A stretch of DNA of 64,000 bases from assembly GCA_964016885.1 (NCBI GenBank), contig OZ024740.1, positions 133,176,001 through 133,240,000 on the forward strand, read 5' to 3'. The notes under the pieces are model-generated. The model saw only the letters and a list, made by a program, of their open reading frames with translations. It was not told the DNA's origin and did not search any database. Within the stretch, counting starts at the first letter, position 1, and each line of letters begins with the position of its first letter. Made by a program: the position numbers and the translations under genes. The DNA is from Eledone cirrhosa (Eukaryota). Of the stretch, positions 43,583-58,865 are shown piece by piece.

Positions 43583-44326
43583 ATACAAATTTTAGTACTG
43601 CATTAACGAAGCTTTAGGTTGCGGACAAGCTATCGAATGCAAATTCGGTATGTAGCTTTAGCACTCGATAGGGAATAGTACTCCAGAGTAACCACAATAC
43701 GTTTAGACAGCTTTGCAAATCAACTATACCGATCGGCAGTCCAGCCGCATTTCCGTAGCAACGAAAATGGTTGGACTCAGGAAAAGATTTTAGACTGACC
43801 TGGACATAGCGTGGAGACTGAATGCAATATATAATGCATATATATAATGCATATATATAGCATAAGATATACATCACATAAAACACATAACATCCACGCT
43901 AGGTTTCTGAAATCCGATATCGACTAATTCCGCTTGACGACAGAACAAAGGATTTACTTCTTCAACAATTCTTGTGTTCTTTAGCCTCTGCGGGTGTGTT
44001 CTAGCAGTAAATTTCCCTATAGACACGTGGTTTTGTCCAAGGGAGGTAACCCCCGTTTTGGCGGTGAATTCGAAATTTGAGACAAAGAAATGAAATTCCC
44101 TTAGACAAACCGAATTAAGCACTCAACCAGAAGTTATCAAACATAAACAAATTCATCAATCAATAGAATTGTCTAATTAAATTAATCATTTAATCGTTAA
44201 TTCTAGGAGTTAAAATACAAATTTTAGTACATCATTAACGAAGCTTTAGGTTGCGGCCAAGCTAATGAATGCAAATTCGGTATGTAGCTTTAGCACTCGA
44301 TAGGGAATAGTACCCCAGAGTAATAA
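43583..44326. mobile_element. Non-coding ~632-bp unit plus ~110-bp terminal direct repeat, in (TA)n
   Basis: tttagtac..attaacgaagctttaggttgcgg..ccagagtaa at 43591 and 44223. Confidence 0.75.
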
Positions 44327-44356
44327 CATATGTATACGTATATATATGTATATATA

Positions 44357-44446
<90 letters not shown>

Positions 44447-44519
44447 TTATACCGGGTTGAATCGGAGGTAGCCACAGTTAGTAAGGTACTCAATACATAG
44501 CAGATTATAAATGTTTTAA

Positions 44520-44630
44520 TATAGAAGAGCTTCTACAGGACCATAACTCTTTCATTCGTGAGAAATCATCAGGAAGCTGATGATTTCTCACGAATGTAAC
44601 AGGTCTAGTGTTGTAGAAGCTCTTCTATAT
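44520..44630. repeat. Short fold-back with decayed hammerhead cores on both arms
   Basis: atagaagagcttctaca..tcatcag gaag CTGATGAtttctcacgaat..tgtagaagctcttctat. Confidence 0.65.
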
Positions 44631-44775
44631 ATATATATATAGATATATACAGGGATTACAGAATGGGGATATATCGATGAGGATCGAACCTTGAGTTGAT
44701 TAGTGGCGAAAGACGCGTCACCAACCAATAAACGTAATGAAGGAGTAACCAATCGTCCTTGTTATTTTGTTTTAC

Positions 44776-46125
<1,350 letters not shown>

Positions 46126-46128
<3 letters not shown>

Positions 46129-46836
46129 AAATTAAGATAGATTAAAAAAATTCAATCAGAATCGAAATTGTGGGTGTCATTCCTTAACGAAATGCGCCAT
46201 ATCGCCCGGAAAATAAGCTCTAGGACTTTGTAGGTACGAGCATTTTATAATAATAACTAGGAATTGATCAACATATATATAAATAAATATAAACATGAAA
46301 AATCACAGGAGATAATTTTTACAAGCGTGTAACCACGCATGGCTAGTAGGTAACAAATAAATAAAGTTAACTAGAACATCAAAAATATATACCTTTTAAT
46401 GATTAATCTTCCCTGTATATATTTCATTAAAGAAATATATTTCACCAATTAATCAGATGGTAAGTCACGGAAAATGGATATTATTGGATTATCGACAAGG
46501 AAGAATAATATCAACCGATCCATGTTTACACTTCGAGTCAAAATCTTAAACTGGCCGTTACCACGTGTTGATATTACACATCACAGCGGCTTCGTTTCAG
46601 TGGCGTGAATAGGTATTCGACAACTAGAAATAGCAGTCAATTCCCTTCAACAGAGTTAACTCTACAATTAAGGAGCAGTATTTATATATCTATATCCAAA
46701 ATTAAGATAGATTAAAAGAATTCAATCAGAATCGAAATTGTGGGTGTCATTCCTTAACGGAATGTAAAAATTTTCTCCTGTGATTTTTCATGTTTATATT
46801 TATTTATATATATGTTGATCAATTCATAGTTATTAT

Positions 46837-46842
<6 letters not shown>
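46126..46842. mobile_element. Non-coding ~570-bp unit plus partial repeat plus short inverted arm, in (TA)n
   Basis: attaagatag at 46131 and 46701. 46763-46840 inverts 46247-46323. Confidence 0.75.
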
Positions 46843-46892
<50 letters not shown>

Positions 46893-46896
<4 letters not shown>

Positions 46897-47285
46897 TGGC
46901 AGCCAACTCGTTTTCGAGTACGGCCACTACTTTATATCCATGTAGGAGAACTCCTACCGATGCACTGAACAAGTGTGACTTTTTAGTCCAGCCAGTGACT
47001 TGAAAACTCTCGTACAAACACTACACTTGTGACAATTATTGACACATAGTGCTGGGCCCATGGTACCATGTGACGACAAATGCAGAGAGATCTCCAGATA
47101 TGAAGCAATTCCTGTGCCGTGAAGCTTTTATAGTGAGCAAAGGCACTGCACAAAGCCAGTCCCACTCTCTTAACCAAGATGATATTTACCAAAAAGAAGT
47201 CAACATCATTGGATACCATCAGGGTTGCAGGTGTTATATCAAGTTTTCCTTCTCCTAGAATTCTGCCTTGATAAAGGCTAAGGGT
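46893..47285 (-). mobile_element. RTE-family 3' fragment (zinc-finger end + 3' UTR)
   Basis: Minus strand reads CSVCTRVFKSLAGLKSH. Terminus gtggccgtactcgaaaacgagttggctgccaccat. A shorter copy lies at 60089-60177. Confidence 0.75.
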
Positions 47286-48230
47286 TATATATATATATAC
47301 ATACATACATACATACATATTTATATATTGACTAACGGTGTGATTAGTATTTATAATCGAATTGAAAACATCCTAGATGAAGTTGTTTTAGTGGAGATCT
47401 TGAAAGAACAAAATATCCAGCTAGTGAATATATAACGAATTTTACACGTAATATCACTTCACCCTTCTTTCTTATTTTATACCAGTCGTAAACACACGTA
47501 AATTATCTTCTTACCAATATTCATCCCTTCGACTTTGCCCCGAAGAATCAGCATTTAAATGTAGCTATAATTGGTTTGCTGGAAGACACAGCAGTCGCTG
47601 TTGATAGATGAGAAGAACAATTGGAATAAGGAAATGATGAGCATTAGAATTCACTATTTCGTAAGGTTGAATCTATGGAGATAATCTAATATTCAATTAC
47701 TTATAGAATATATATATAATTCCATTTTATATACTATTATGGTTATATTTCAGTAATCGGAACGCTAACTTAGAATTCAATTTGGATATTGATGGCACAT
47801 ATTTTTGAATACATTTGTAATGCGATCAGTGGCGCATTTTACGCCGGATGTGTGACATATTATGGAGGTTTCCATTTCGCATGTTTTGCTGTCTGATACA
47901 ACTTTATATTATTATAGCAATAGTTCTGAGAATACATCATTCCAATTTACTTACAGTAATTAATTTCCTTGTAGAAACAGATCTCCGCCGGGTATTACGA
48001 ATGTAATTTATGCGTGCACTTCGTTTGATAAGGAATTAGATAAATATTGTGAACGATTAAACAATGCTAGCTCTAGAATTTAGCAAATATAAATTCTTTA
48101 GACCTACCTTAATCTATCGAGCTATGTGATGGATCATCTACACCTGCACGCTCTTTTCCCTTCAATTTTAAAATTTCTTTGCTGTTGAGTACTATCTTTC
48201 TGTCAATCCCTGTCCCTCTATCTCGCTCCC

Positions 48231-48310
<80 letters not shown>

Positions 48311-48825
48311 GTCATCTATCTATTTATCTGTTTATCTGTCCGTCCATTCGTCCGTCTGTCTGTATATCTATCTATTTATCTATCTCTCTATCTCTCGCTC
48401 TCTTGCTCTCTCGTTCTTAACAGTAATTTCCATTACACATAACATAGTGTATACAATCTGAGTTATAATTATGTGCATTCCCTAGTTCATATCGTATGTT
48501 TCATTGAGTTAGTAATGGGCCGGCCTGGGCTTTATAGATCACTATTCCAATAGCTTTGTTAACATATTCCCACTGAACAGGTCAGCAATGGAATGTAAAT
48601 ATAACATGTTTCATAATTGGGTTACTTCTCTATTTCTTTGAAAATCTAATATGTGTTCACTGGTTGAGAGTCTATTTCTGATGATTGAATTATAAAATCT
48701 TAATGGAACCTTAGATAAAAACCCTTTCTTAAGAAAATTTTAAGATTTCTAATTTTATAATCTCACATCATCGGAATGAATCTCTATCGGTTGAAACGTG
48801 CTAATTTGACAGCATATCGTCTCTT

Positions 48826-48978
48826 TGGCTTTGACGCATAGAGTTACGGCCCTTGCCATTCTGAGTTCAAAGCCCGCTAGTTTAACTTTGGCTTTCATCC
48901 GTATGGGGTCGATAAAATAAATTACCAGTAATACACTGGTGTAATTGCTGGCCTTGTGCTAAAATTAGAAACAATTAT
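48826..48978 (+). mobile_element. tRNA-derived SINE, 5' truncated
   Basis: Matches the 33542 copy. Confidence 0.85.
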
Positions 48979-49088
48979 TCTTTATATATCAACTCTGCCT
49001 GAATCCTACTGCATTGAGCTTTAAACCTTCTGGCTAGGTATATACCCAATAATAGCAACAATGGTCTTTATATATAAATATATATACA

Positions 49089-49138
<50 letters not shown>

Positions 49139-50444
49139 TACTAGTGACATCGAGAGTCATCCATCTGCAAATATACCCATAGGTGGTGCCCCATAAGGCT
49201 CAGATTTCAAATGGGTTTTGCTAAGAGAACAAGTTCGAAAACCCTGCCTGCTAATTTTCTCTTTTATATGTCTGATCCATCAATCGTTCATGTGCCTGCC
49301 CTTCATAAACTGCAGGTAGTTTGCTATCATTTCTCTGCCACTTCCATTTTGTCACCCGAACTTACCTTAAGCAAAGGAGCTATAATATAATTTAGCTGTT
49401 CCATCAGGTAGAAATGATTCTTATTTCCATTGAATTCCACCCTACCTTCTAAAACAAATATATATTTATCACAGCTGGAATGGCATTCACATTTAACCAG
49501 GCTGACCTGGGGATAAATAACATACCACCGAAAAACACAATAACGCGAACAATTATAGGTTTCTTGAGCCAATATCATATATAACTAACACACGACTACT
49601 TAATGCTAACACATATAGTATAAATATCCCTCAATCATATCCAATCACGGAGGATAATGCTCCAAGCTACTAGCAATAACCTGTAGCTAAATTCTACCAA
49701 AATATTGAGAATTTATAATTGCATTTCTCAAAGATAATTAATCATAATATCAATGTTAACTATAAGCACTAAATCTAATTGCTAAGTAGATTTATCATGA
49801 ATGCCAACAATTTAAAATTATATATTAAAATCCAGATCTTGCCTAATGAATTCGTGCTACTAGATTTGAAAATATATAATTCTGATGTCGATATTAGTAA
49901 AACACTATATATTTACATAAAATAATGACGCACTCCTACAAATACGTATAATCCTGATCGTGACACACGAGATGACCCTAAATACTGAACTGATTTTATC
50001 ATTGGATATGTATTGAATAATAATTTATCTAGATATGAAAGTCAGTTGCGGAAGATATTTACTGGAAAATGAACAAATATATAGACTCATAGGTAGAATG
50101 TTGGTGGCAGGACTGCCAAAAACACTAAATATTCTTCAAATGTTATTTTAAATTACCAAGTCATTCTGGGTCTATCAATCGGCCAAATGGTATCATCAAT
50201 CACACAGTGTAAAACGAAAAATGTATTAAGCTCATTTGTGACAGCACATACATCAAAACTGGAGACATAGAAAGAATGGAAGCTAATGTGACCATTGAAC
50301 AAGAATCAATATGCAGAGAATCCTGGATTAAAAGTATTTTTCCGAATACGGTACTTAGAGTGTCTATAAAACTGATTAAATTCGTAGAGGTAAATCAAAG
50401 ACCTGTCACACGAGGACCTATACATATGCATATATAGACACATA

Positions 50445-50484
<40 letters not shown>

Positions 50485-50525
50485 CACACACACACACATA
50501 CACTCACATATATATATATATATAT

Positions 50526-50700
50526 ATAATTGTTTCCACATTTGGCACAAGGTCAGCAATTAATCCAGTGTATTAATTTATTTGCTAATTTTATCGGCAA
50601 GGTTAACCTCGGCGGAATTTGAACTCAAACCATAAAGGGCCATAACTCTTTGCTGCAAAGCATGGCGTCCGACCCTCTACCGATACTACCAATCCACCAA
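50526..50700 (-). mobile_element. tRNA-derived SINE with internal deletion
   Basis: Matches the 15037 copy. Confidence 0.85.
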
Positions 50701-50718
50701 TTACATATATATATAATG

Positions 50719-50750
<32 letters not shown>

Positions 50751-50755
<5 letters not shown>

Positions 50756-51775
50756 CAGAATGGTAAAATGTACAATGTAAATACCCTTAAGTGGGGTTGT
50801 TGGGGAAGATAGAGTAGAAAAGGAAGAGAGAAAAGTAGAGAAGAGGGAGAGAGAAAGAAAGATATGCAGGGGTCTGAGAAGTAGGAGAGAGTGGCTTGTA
50901 GATATCTTAATCAAAATGTTATGGTAGGGGTTTTATTATACTGGTTACTTTTGGAGAGATGCGTTGATAGTTAAGGTCGGAATTATTTATTGCCCCAGAG
51001 GGCAGGTTCATAGATGTTGAGAGGGAGGTAGGCCAAAGGTGAGAGAGAGAGAGTGTAATGGATGTAGAGAGAGATAGGTAGAGAGGGGACAGACAAAGTT
51101 TGTGTGGTGAGTGAACTTTGGGTTTGTAGTAGTAATCTAGGAATTGCACTGAGTTACCATGTATAGTGATAAGCAGTGTATTGTCTTGAAGTGTGGGGGG
51201 AAGAGAAGGTTGTTAGCTAGAAAGCGGTGTTATAGTTACGGGTTCGAATGTTAAGTTATTTTATAGTGAGAGAATTTGGCTTTTAGTTTGTGGTTGCAGT
51301 ATAATGATCGTTCAATTCTATCGTTAAGTAGTTTGTTTTTGGATTTTAATATGTAAAAGAGCTCAAGGTTACATAACCTGCAGTACTTCAATCCACTCCT
51401 TAACTATCAACGCATCTCTCCAAAAGTAACCAGTATAATAAAACCCCTACCATAACATTTTGATTAAGATATCTACAAGCCACTCTCTCCTACTTCTCCA
51501 ACCCCTGCATATCTTTCTTTCTCTCTCCCTCTTCCCTACTTTTCTCTGTTCCTTTTCTACTCTATCTTCCCCAACAACCCCACTTAAGGGTATTTACATT
51601 GTACATTTTATCATTCTGCTCTGAGGAAACAGTGGTCACAGCATTGGATATTTGAGTTCTGCAAGTACTTGTGAATTTGCACGTAGCATAACTAGGCTGC
51701 AGTACCACCGTGGAAACACTTGTAAGCACACGGAATAAATTACCTTTTTATGATGTCTACCTGTTATTATTCATT

Positions 51776-51778
<3 letters not shown>
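50751..51778. mobile_element. Heavily 5'-truncated PLE with inverted pseudo-LTR
   Basis: 50751-50974 inverts 51399-51623. Minus strand 51255-51382 reads CRLCNLELFYILKSKNKLLNDRIERSLYCNH, matching the end of the 54199 ORF. Confidence 0.85.
51617..51728 (+). ncRNA. Type I hammerhead motif with long stem II insertion
   Basis: tgct-CTGAGGA-aacagtggt..accaccgtg-GAAAC-actt-GTA-agca. Confidence 0.7.
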
Positions 51779-51846
<68 letters not shown>

Positions 51847-52086
51847 CTTACATACATAAACGAATAACATATATATATATATATATATGTTATTCGTTTA
51901 TGTATGTAAGTATGTATATATATATATATATATTTATATATGTATATATATAATATATATAATATATATATATATATTTTATTCATTCACTTATATATAT
52001 ATATAAATATATAGTGAAGAACATTTATATATATATATATATAATGAATAATATATGTATATATATATGTTATTCATTTATTTATG

Positions 52087-52142
<56 letters not shown>

Positions 52143-52349
52143 ATTCAATTGCACTATACACTTCCGTTGTTTAAAAAGAACATAAAGCTGAAACCGGTAT
52201 AATTAAATCCGGAAATCCTTATTTTGTAAATAAATGTGTTGACGCTATTTTAAAAAGATCCCTATACCATTTTGTACTCTTTTTTCCTTTTTTATTATTT
52301 TTTTATATATAACACCTCTCGATATTCCAAATATATATATATATATATA

Positions 52350-52588
52350 TATTTATTAAAATAACAGATTAAAGTTTAAGCAAAGAATCGCTGCTTTCAC
52401 CCTTAACGGGATCTTCTGAAACTAACAAAGTCAATCTGTAAACGCAGATCTGTAAACAGCGATTCTTTGCTTAAACTTTAATCTGTTATTTTAATAAATA
52501 TTTGCTCTACGGTTCTTATATATTTGATATATATTTTCCTTATCGAGCCCTCTTTGGATTTTAGTCTTCAATTTTATTATTATTACTA
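52350..52588. mobile_element. Short inverted-arm element in (TA)n with decayed HHR-like motif
   Basis: 52350-52393 inverts 52457-52501. Minus strand has CAGAAGAtcccgttaagggtGAAAgc. Its tail also occurs at 16337-16385. Confidence 0.6.
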
Positions 52589-52609
52589 TATATATATATA
52601 TATATATAT

Positions 52610-53370
52610 CTGTTTCGCCTTAACTCTCCTGCTCTGAGCCGGATGCTGATTTTGCCGACGACATAGATTTGGTGACAAATAAAGTGATGCAGGAGGTTGA
52701 GACTGCGTCGATGAGTGTGGGGCTGAGAATGAATGAGACTAAAACAAAATATCTGGTAGAGAATGTTGAGAAGCCAGAGGGATCAATAATGTAGGCGGGA
52801 AGCCCCTAGAATCGGTTGAGGACTTCCTGTATTTGGGAGCAAAGTTGGGAATACGGAAGATGATGTGGTTGAGAGGTAGACAGAGCCTGGGCGGCGTGCC
52901 ACAGCTTGTGATCGGTGTGGAAGTCGGACCTTCGTAAAGGCCAGAAAATCCGACTCTTCATTGCTGTAGTGGAGTCTGTACTGCTGACCGGGTCTGAGAC
53001 ATGGACACTGACCAAGAAACTCATTCAGATGGTGGATGCGTGCTACATGATAATGCTAAGGATTGCTCTGAACATTAATCAGTATACACTTAGGATGAAA
53101 AACTCAGAGCTGTATGGGAGCCTCCCAAAAGTCAGCTCAAAAGTGACACAGAGGAGATTGAGGTTAGCTGGACATGCTCACCGGAATCCAGAGTTGACAT
53201 TGCACTCATTGATCCTGTGGGAGCCCCTACATGGACACACTGGAAGAGGATGACCAATGTTAACGTATGTTGATTCCCTAAGGAGAGACACTGGCCTGTT
53301 GGAGACGCATGACATGGCAGCGTAAATGAGGGACGGAGACCGCTGGAGAGAACTCGTCCATGGATATGGG
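52610..53370 (+). mobile_element. RTE/RTEX-like LINE 3' fragment
   Basis: DADFADDI, VESVLLTGSETWTLTK, RRLRLAGH. Confidence 0.85.
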
Positions 53371-54198
53371 GAATTTTACGCGCCCTAGAAATATATATAT
53401 ATATATATATATATGCAAAAGTTTTATTTAAAATTGTTGGGTTACAACGAGTAAATATTTTATAACTGATATAAAGCACTCAACAAGTTTTGGAGTAGAT
53501 ATACGATATTAAACAAATGGAAACTATACTTATAAAACCATATTTATTTCATTATACATATTTCAGGGATAACATATTAAAAATATGGAATGCCTTCTTC
53601 AGATAAAATACAATATATAAGCAGTTTTATAAATAAATTTGACGTACCATAAAATATTGATCAACTTCCATTTAAAAAAGTTGGTTTGGTAGTGAAATGT
53701 TTGTAAATATTTAGTGTTAAGTACAGTTAGAAAGAAAGACGGAGAGAAGGAATAAATGTATGTAAAGAAAAACAGAGAGAGATAGGGAGAGATATGGGAG
53801 AGAGAAATAGTGAGGAGGTGAAAAATGAAAGGCAGCTGAGGTAACAGATGAATAATAATAATTCAACATGCAAAATGATAGATTTAGGGGGGAGGGGGTA
53901 CTGTAATTATTTATTTATTTATTTATTTAGTTATAGTGTTAAGGAGACGGAGAAAAATAAAAAATAACTAAAGAGAAAACAGCGATACATAGATTACATC
54001 ATGTATAGAGGGGGGAGAAGAAAGCTATATCTAGAGAGAAGGATGACAGATTTACAACTTTACGTTATGTCCTATCAATTTGAATTATCAATTTATATGA
54101 ATTGGGTATTATAATGTAAATATCAATATTCATGAATGAGACATAGATATATAATGTGTGAAAAATAATGACCATATGTTTAGTTTAAAAATTCTTAG

Positions 54199-56088
54199 GT
54201 GAAATCGGACAAAACCAACAACCTTTATGGAGTGCAAAAAGACATGTATAATGGCCTTATACTGAAAGAGCTAAGGAAAAAGTACAAAGTAGCAGATAAG
54301 GACGAACTGGAGAAAATGAATGTTGAGGCATCTTGTATAATGCATGAGTTGGAAATTGAGAACAAAACACAACTCTTCTTGCCTAGGAAACCCAAGATCA
54401 ATATGAAAGATCACAAAAGAAATATTGAAAATGATTTGCCAGTCAGATTGATTGCACCATCAAAATCTGACCTGGGTAAACTTTGCAAAAACATTCTAGA
54501 CAGGGTGATACAGCAAGTTAAAAACTTACATGGTTTACCTAACTTAAACTTGTGGAAGGGACCTGGTGAGGTTATTGAGTGGTTTAAAGAAATTAAATAT
54601 AACAATAATAATAAATTTATTCAACTAGATATTGCTAGCTACTATTCATCTATTACCCCTAATCTACTAAATAAGGCACTAAATTACGCATTCAAACATA
54701 CAGACCTAACTAGCAATGAAATGCACATTATATTATCGGCAAGGAAAACATTGATAGAATTTAATAACCAACTATGGACTAGGGCAGATAGAGATAATAA
54801 TTTCGACATTACTATGGGATCATCTGACTCAGCTCAGGTAACGGACCTTGTGGGCCTATTTATAATTAATTCGCTACATAGAAAAATACCTGGTGTAACC
54901 GGAGGATTATATCGTGATGACATGCTTTTACTTATTGAAAATAATAACTCTGAACTAAATAGGAAAAGAAAACAAATTATACAATTTTTTAATTACCTTA
55001 ATCTAAAAATAGAAATAGAGAATAACCATAGAATAGTCAATTTCCTAGATGTAACACTAAATCTCAACACATGTCTTCACTATCCATTTCACAAACTAAA
55101 TGAAAACTCGAATTATGTCAGTTTTAACTCTAATCACCCCAGATCTGTTAAAAATACTATAGTGAACTCTGTTCAAGAACGTATCTCAAGAATTTCATCT
55201 AATAAAAATATTTTCGACGAAAAAGCGCAGTATTACAATGAAGTGTTAGCTAGAGCAGGATATAGTGATAAAATTATGTACATCGATAATAATAGGCAAA
55301 CTAACCAATATAACAACAATTTTAATTACGGTAACAACTTTAACAACTATAATAGAAAACATTACAATAATTCCAAAAGCCAGAAAAGAAATAGAACTAG
55401 AAATATAATATGGTTTGCCCCCCCCCCCCCCCCTTTCTCACTAAATATTAAAACCCACATTGCTAAACTATTTTTTAATGCTCTTGACAAACGCTTCCCT
55501 AGAACACATAAATATCACTCAATTTTTAATAGACATACTATAAAATTAACTTACTCGTCCACCAAAAACTTAGCACAAAATATTAACAGAATAAATAATA
55601 GGAATCTAAAACCTGGCCAAAATACCGATAATAGCCTAAACAATATTCAATTAAACAACTGTAACTGTAGAAATAAATCTAAATGTCCGTTAAATAACAA
55701 TTGCTTAGTTAAAAATATAATATACAATTGTAATGTTAAAACTGACTTAAATTATTTTAACTATGTTGGTTCCACCTCGACAGAATTTAAACTTCGCTAT
55801 AATAATCATAAGAATTCTTTCACAGATCCAGGCAAAAAATCTTCAACTTCACTATCAGGCTTACTCTGGCAACTTAAACATGATAACGTTGGATATTCGT
55901 TGTTTTGGAATATAGTCTCAAGAGAGATTCCTTTTAATTCCTCATCTGAGACATGTGACCTCTGCGTGGAGGAGATATTCTTTATATTAAAATCTAAAAA
56001 TTCCCTTAATCTAAGGAGCAATTTATTCAGTTGCTGCAGACATAGATTGAACTCAAGGTTTAAATATAAATATAAATTTAAAATGTAG
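54199..56088 (+). CDS. PLE reverse transcriptase + C-terminal GIY-YIG endonuclease (N-terminally truncated, frame open; probably Hydra clade)
   Basis: KSDKT, IQLDIASYYSSI, MGSSDS, LYRDD, FLDVTL, SNHP, CNCRNKSKC (CxCx5C), NIIY..YVG, CDLC..E..LN..CCRH. Confidence 0.92.
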   Translation: MKSDKTNNLYGVQKDMYNGLILKELRKKYKVADKDELEKMNVEASCIMHELEIENKTQLFLPRKPKINMKDHKRNIENDLPVRLIAPSKSDLGKLCKNILDRVIQQVKNLHGLPNLNLWKGPGEVIEWFKEIKYNNNNKFIQLDIASYYSSITPNLLNKALNYAFKHTDLTSNEMHIILSARKTLIEFNNQLWTRADRDNNFDITMGSSDSAQVTDLVGLFIINSLHRKIPGVTGGLYRDDMLLLIENNNSELNRKRKQIIQFFNYLNLKIEIENNHRIVNFLDVTLNLNTCLHYPFHKLNENSNYVSFNSNHPRSVKNTIVNSVQERISRISSNKNIFDEKAQYYNEVLARAGYSDKIMYIDNNRQTNQYNNNFNYGNNFNNYNRKHYNNSKSQKRNRTRNIIWFAPPPPPFSLNIKTHIAKLFFNALDKRFPRTHKYHSIFNRHTIKLTYSSTKNLAQNINRINNRNLKPGQNTDNSLNNIQLNNCNCRNKSKCPLNNNCLVKNIIYNCNVKTDLNYFNYVGSTSTEFKLRYNNHKNSFTDPGKKSSTSLSGLLWQLKHDNVGYSLFWNIVSREIPFNSSSETCDLCVEEIFFILKSKNSLNLRSNLFSCCRHRLNSRFKYKYKFKM

Positions 56089-57436
56089 TATATTTAGTTA
56101 AGATATTTGTTTAATTAATTATGAAACATGACGATAAATCTTTCGATTCCTTCAACTTTTTCTTTTTTAAACCTTCTTCATAAATATATACTAATGATGT
56201 AATTAAACTACCCTAAAATGTTGATGCTCCCAATCTATTGAATAAATTTTACGCTAGATAAACTTCTATACTAAATATAAGAGCATCTGTAGAACAACAG
56301 GGTCTCCTAAATCTTTTAAATGATTTCTGCTAAATAAGTCTTGTTGAATAATTTTGGTTTTTTGTTTGCTTTTGATTCTGATTGCTTCTAATGAACTTGG
56401 CAATATATTGTCAGATAAATTGGAAGGGTTGATTTCTGTGGTTGATATGGGGGGCATACTGTGTTGTTTTAAGGCCCTAGACACTCTAGGGAGTGATGAA
56501 AGTATTCTTAGCGTTTTGATATATTGATATCTGTTGTCTATTCTATACATGAACGATAATCATGTATGTGAGGGCAGGAATATTAATATTAATATATATT
56601 TTATATTTTTATGTATGTGTATGTATGTATATATATATATATATATAGTAAAATCTTTTATAACGCAAAGGAAAATTTTTTCATGTGAAATAAGAAATTA
56701 CAGAGCTGATCACGTATGCTCACGTGTGTATCTATAGTGTCAACTAGAACTTGAGATGACCTTCTCTTTTTCTCTTTCTTTCTTTTTCCGGAAAGTACAT
56801 ATATACTTATGTATTTTGAAGTTTTATCTCAGGTTTTTGATATATCGACCTAAGAATTTTTAAACTAAACATATGGTCATTATTTTTCACACATTATATA
56901 TCTATGTCTCATTCATGAATATTGATATTTACAGTATAATACCCAATTCATATAAATTGATAATTCAAATTGATAGGACATAACGGAAAGTTGTAAATCT
57001 GTCATCCTTCTCTCTAGATATAGCTTTCTTCTCCTCCCTCTATACATGATGTAATCTATGTATCACTGTTTTCTCTTTAGTTATTTTTTATTTTTCTCCG
57101 TCTCCTTAACACTATAACTAAATAAATAAATAAATAAATAATTACAGTACTCCCTCCCCCTAAATCTATCATTTTGCATGTTGAATTATTATTATTCATC
57201 TGTTACCTCAGCTGCCTCTCATTTTTCACCTCCTCACTATTTCTCTCTCCCATATCTCTCTCTATCTCTCTCTGTTTTTCTTTACATACATTTATTACTT
57301 CTCTCCGTCTTTCTTTCTAACTGTACTTAACACTAAATATTTACAAACATTTCACTACCAAACCAACTTTTTTAAATGGAAGTTGATCAATATTTTATGG
57401 TACGTCAAATTTATTTATAAAACTGCTTATATATTG

Positions 57437-57502
57437 TATTTTATCTGAAGAAGGCATGCCATATTTTTAATATGGTATCCCTGAAATATGTATAATGAAA
57501 TA
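57437..57502 (+). ncRNA. Type I hammerhead motif in the pseudo-LTR (mirror copy at ~53544-53610, minus strand)
   Basis: tattttat-CTGAAGA-agg..cct-GAAAT-atgt-ATA-atgaaata: 8-bp stem I, AUA triplet. Confidence 0.72.
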
Positions 57503-57547
57503 AATATGGTTTTATAAATATAGTTCCCATTTGTTTAATATCGTATA

Positions 57548-57648
<101 letters not shown>

Positions 57649-58145
57649 CGTCTACACATCTCTGCATACGCACACATGTCTATAATTATTTATTCAATTT
57701 ATTCATTTTTATTTCGTGTATTTATAGGTGTATTTCTCTATTGCTATGATTAAATATGTATTCAAAGTTTTTCGCGTTATGCTCATTCTCGTATTAAATA
57801 CAATATTTAACCTCTGAACTGCTACATTCACGTTTCACTTAATTTAACTTCGATCTATTTTAATATGGTTAGTGTCAAACATATTTTCGTTATATTAGTC
57901 AACGCCCTATTTCCCGACAACGTCCACTCAGTGGAATGGAAGTAATGTTTTGCCGAATTTATTCAGTATCCTATAAAACGCTGTAAGTAATAAAAGCCAA
58001 GTGGTTGTGTAACAGTAGGATGTTGTGTCGATGTAGCGTTGTTTTGTTTATTTGGTTGTGATTTACATCGAAATCGATAATAGAATTTATCGTATTGCAA
58101 TTATATCAATTTTTTTTATTTTTTAGTAAATCACCATTTTCATAT

Positions 58146-58855
<710 letters not shown>

Positions 58856-58865
58856 ATATATATTT

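Larger units (their letters stand above)
53415..57546 (+). mobile_element. Penelope-like element, 5'-truncated, with ~700-bp inverted pseudo-LTRs (53500-54200 / 56848-57546), in (TA)n
   Basis: The arms are near-identical reverse complements enclosing the RT-EN ORF. Confidence 0.93.

Noticed and set aside
44670-44775. HHR-like remnant (CGATGAg..GAAAgacgcgtc)
   Set aside because: The core is altered and stems I and II do not pair convincingly.
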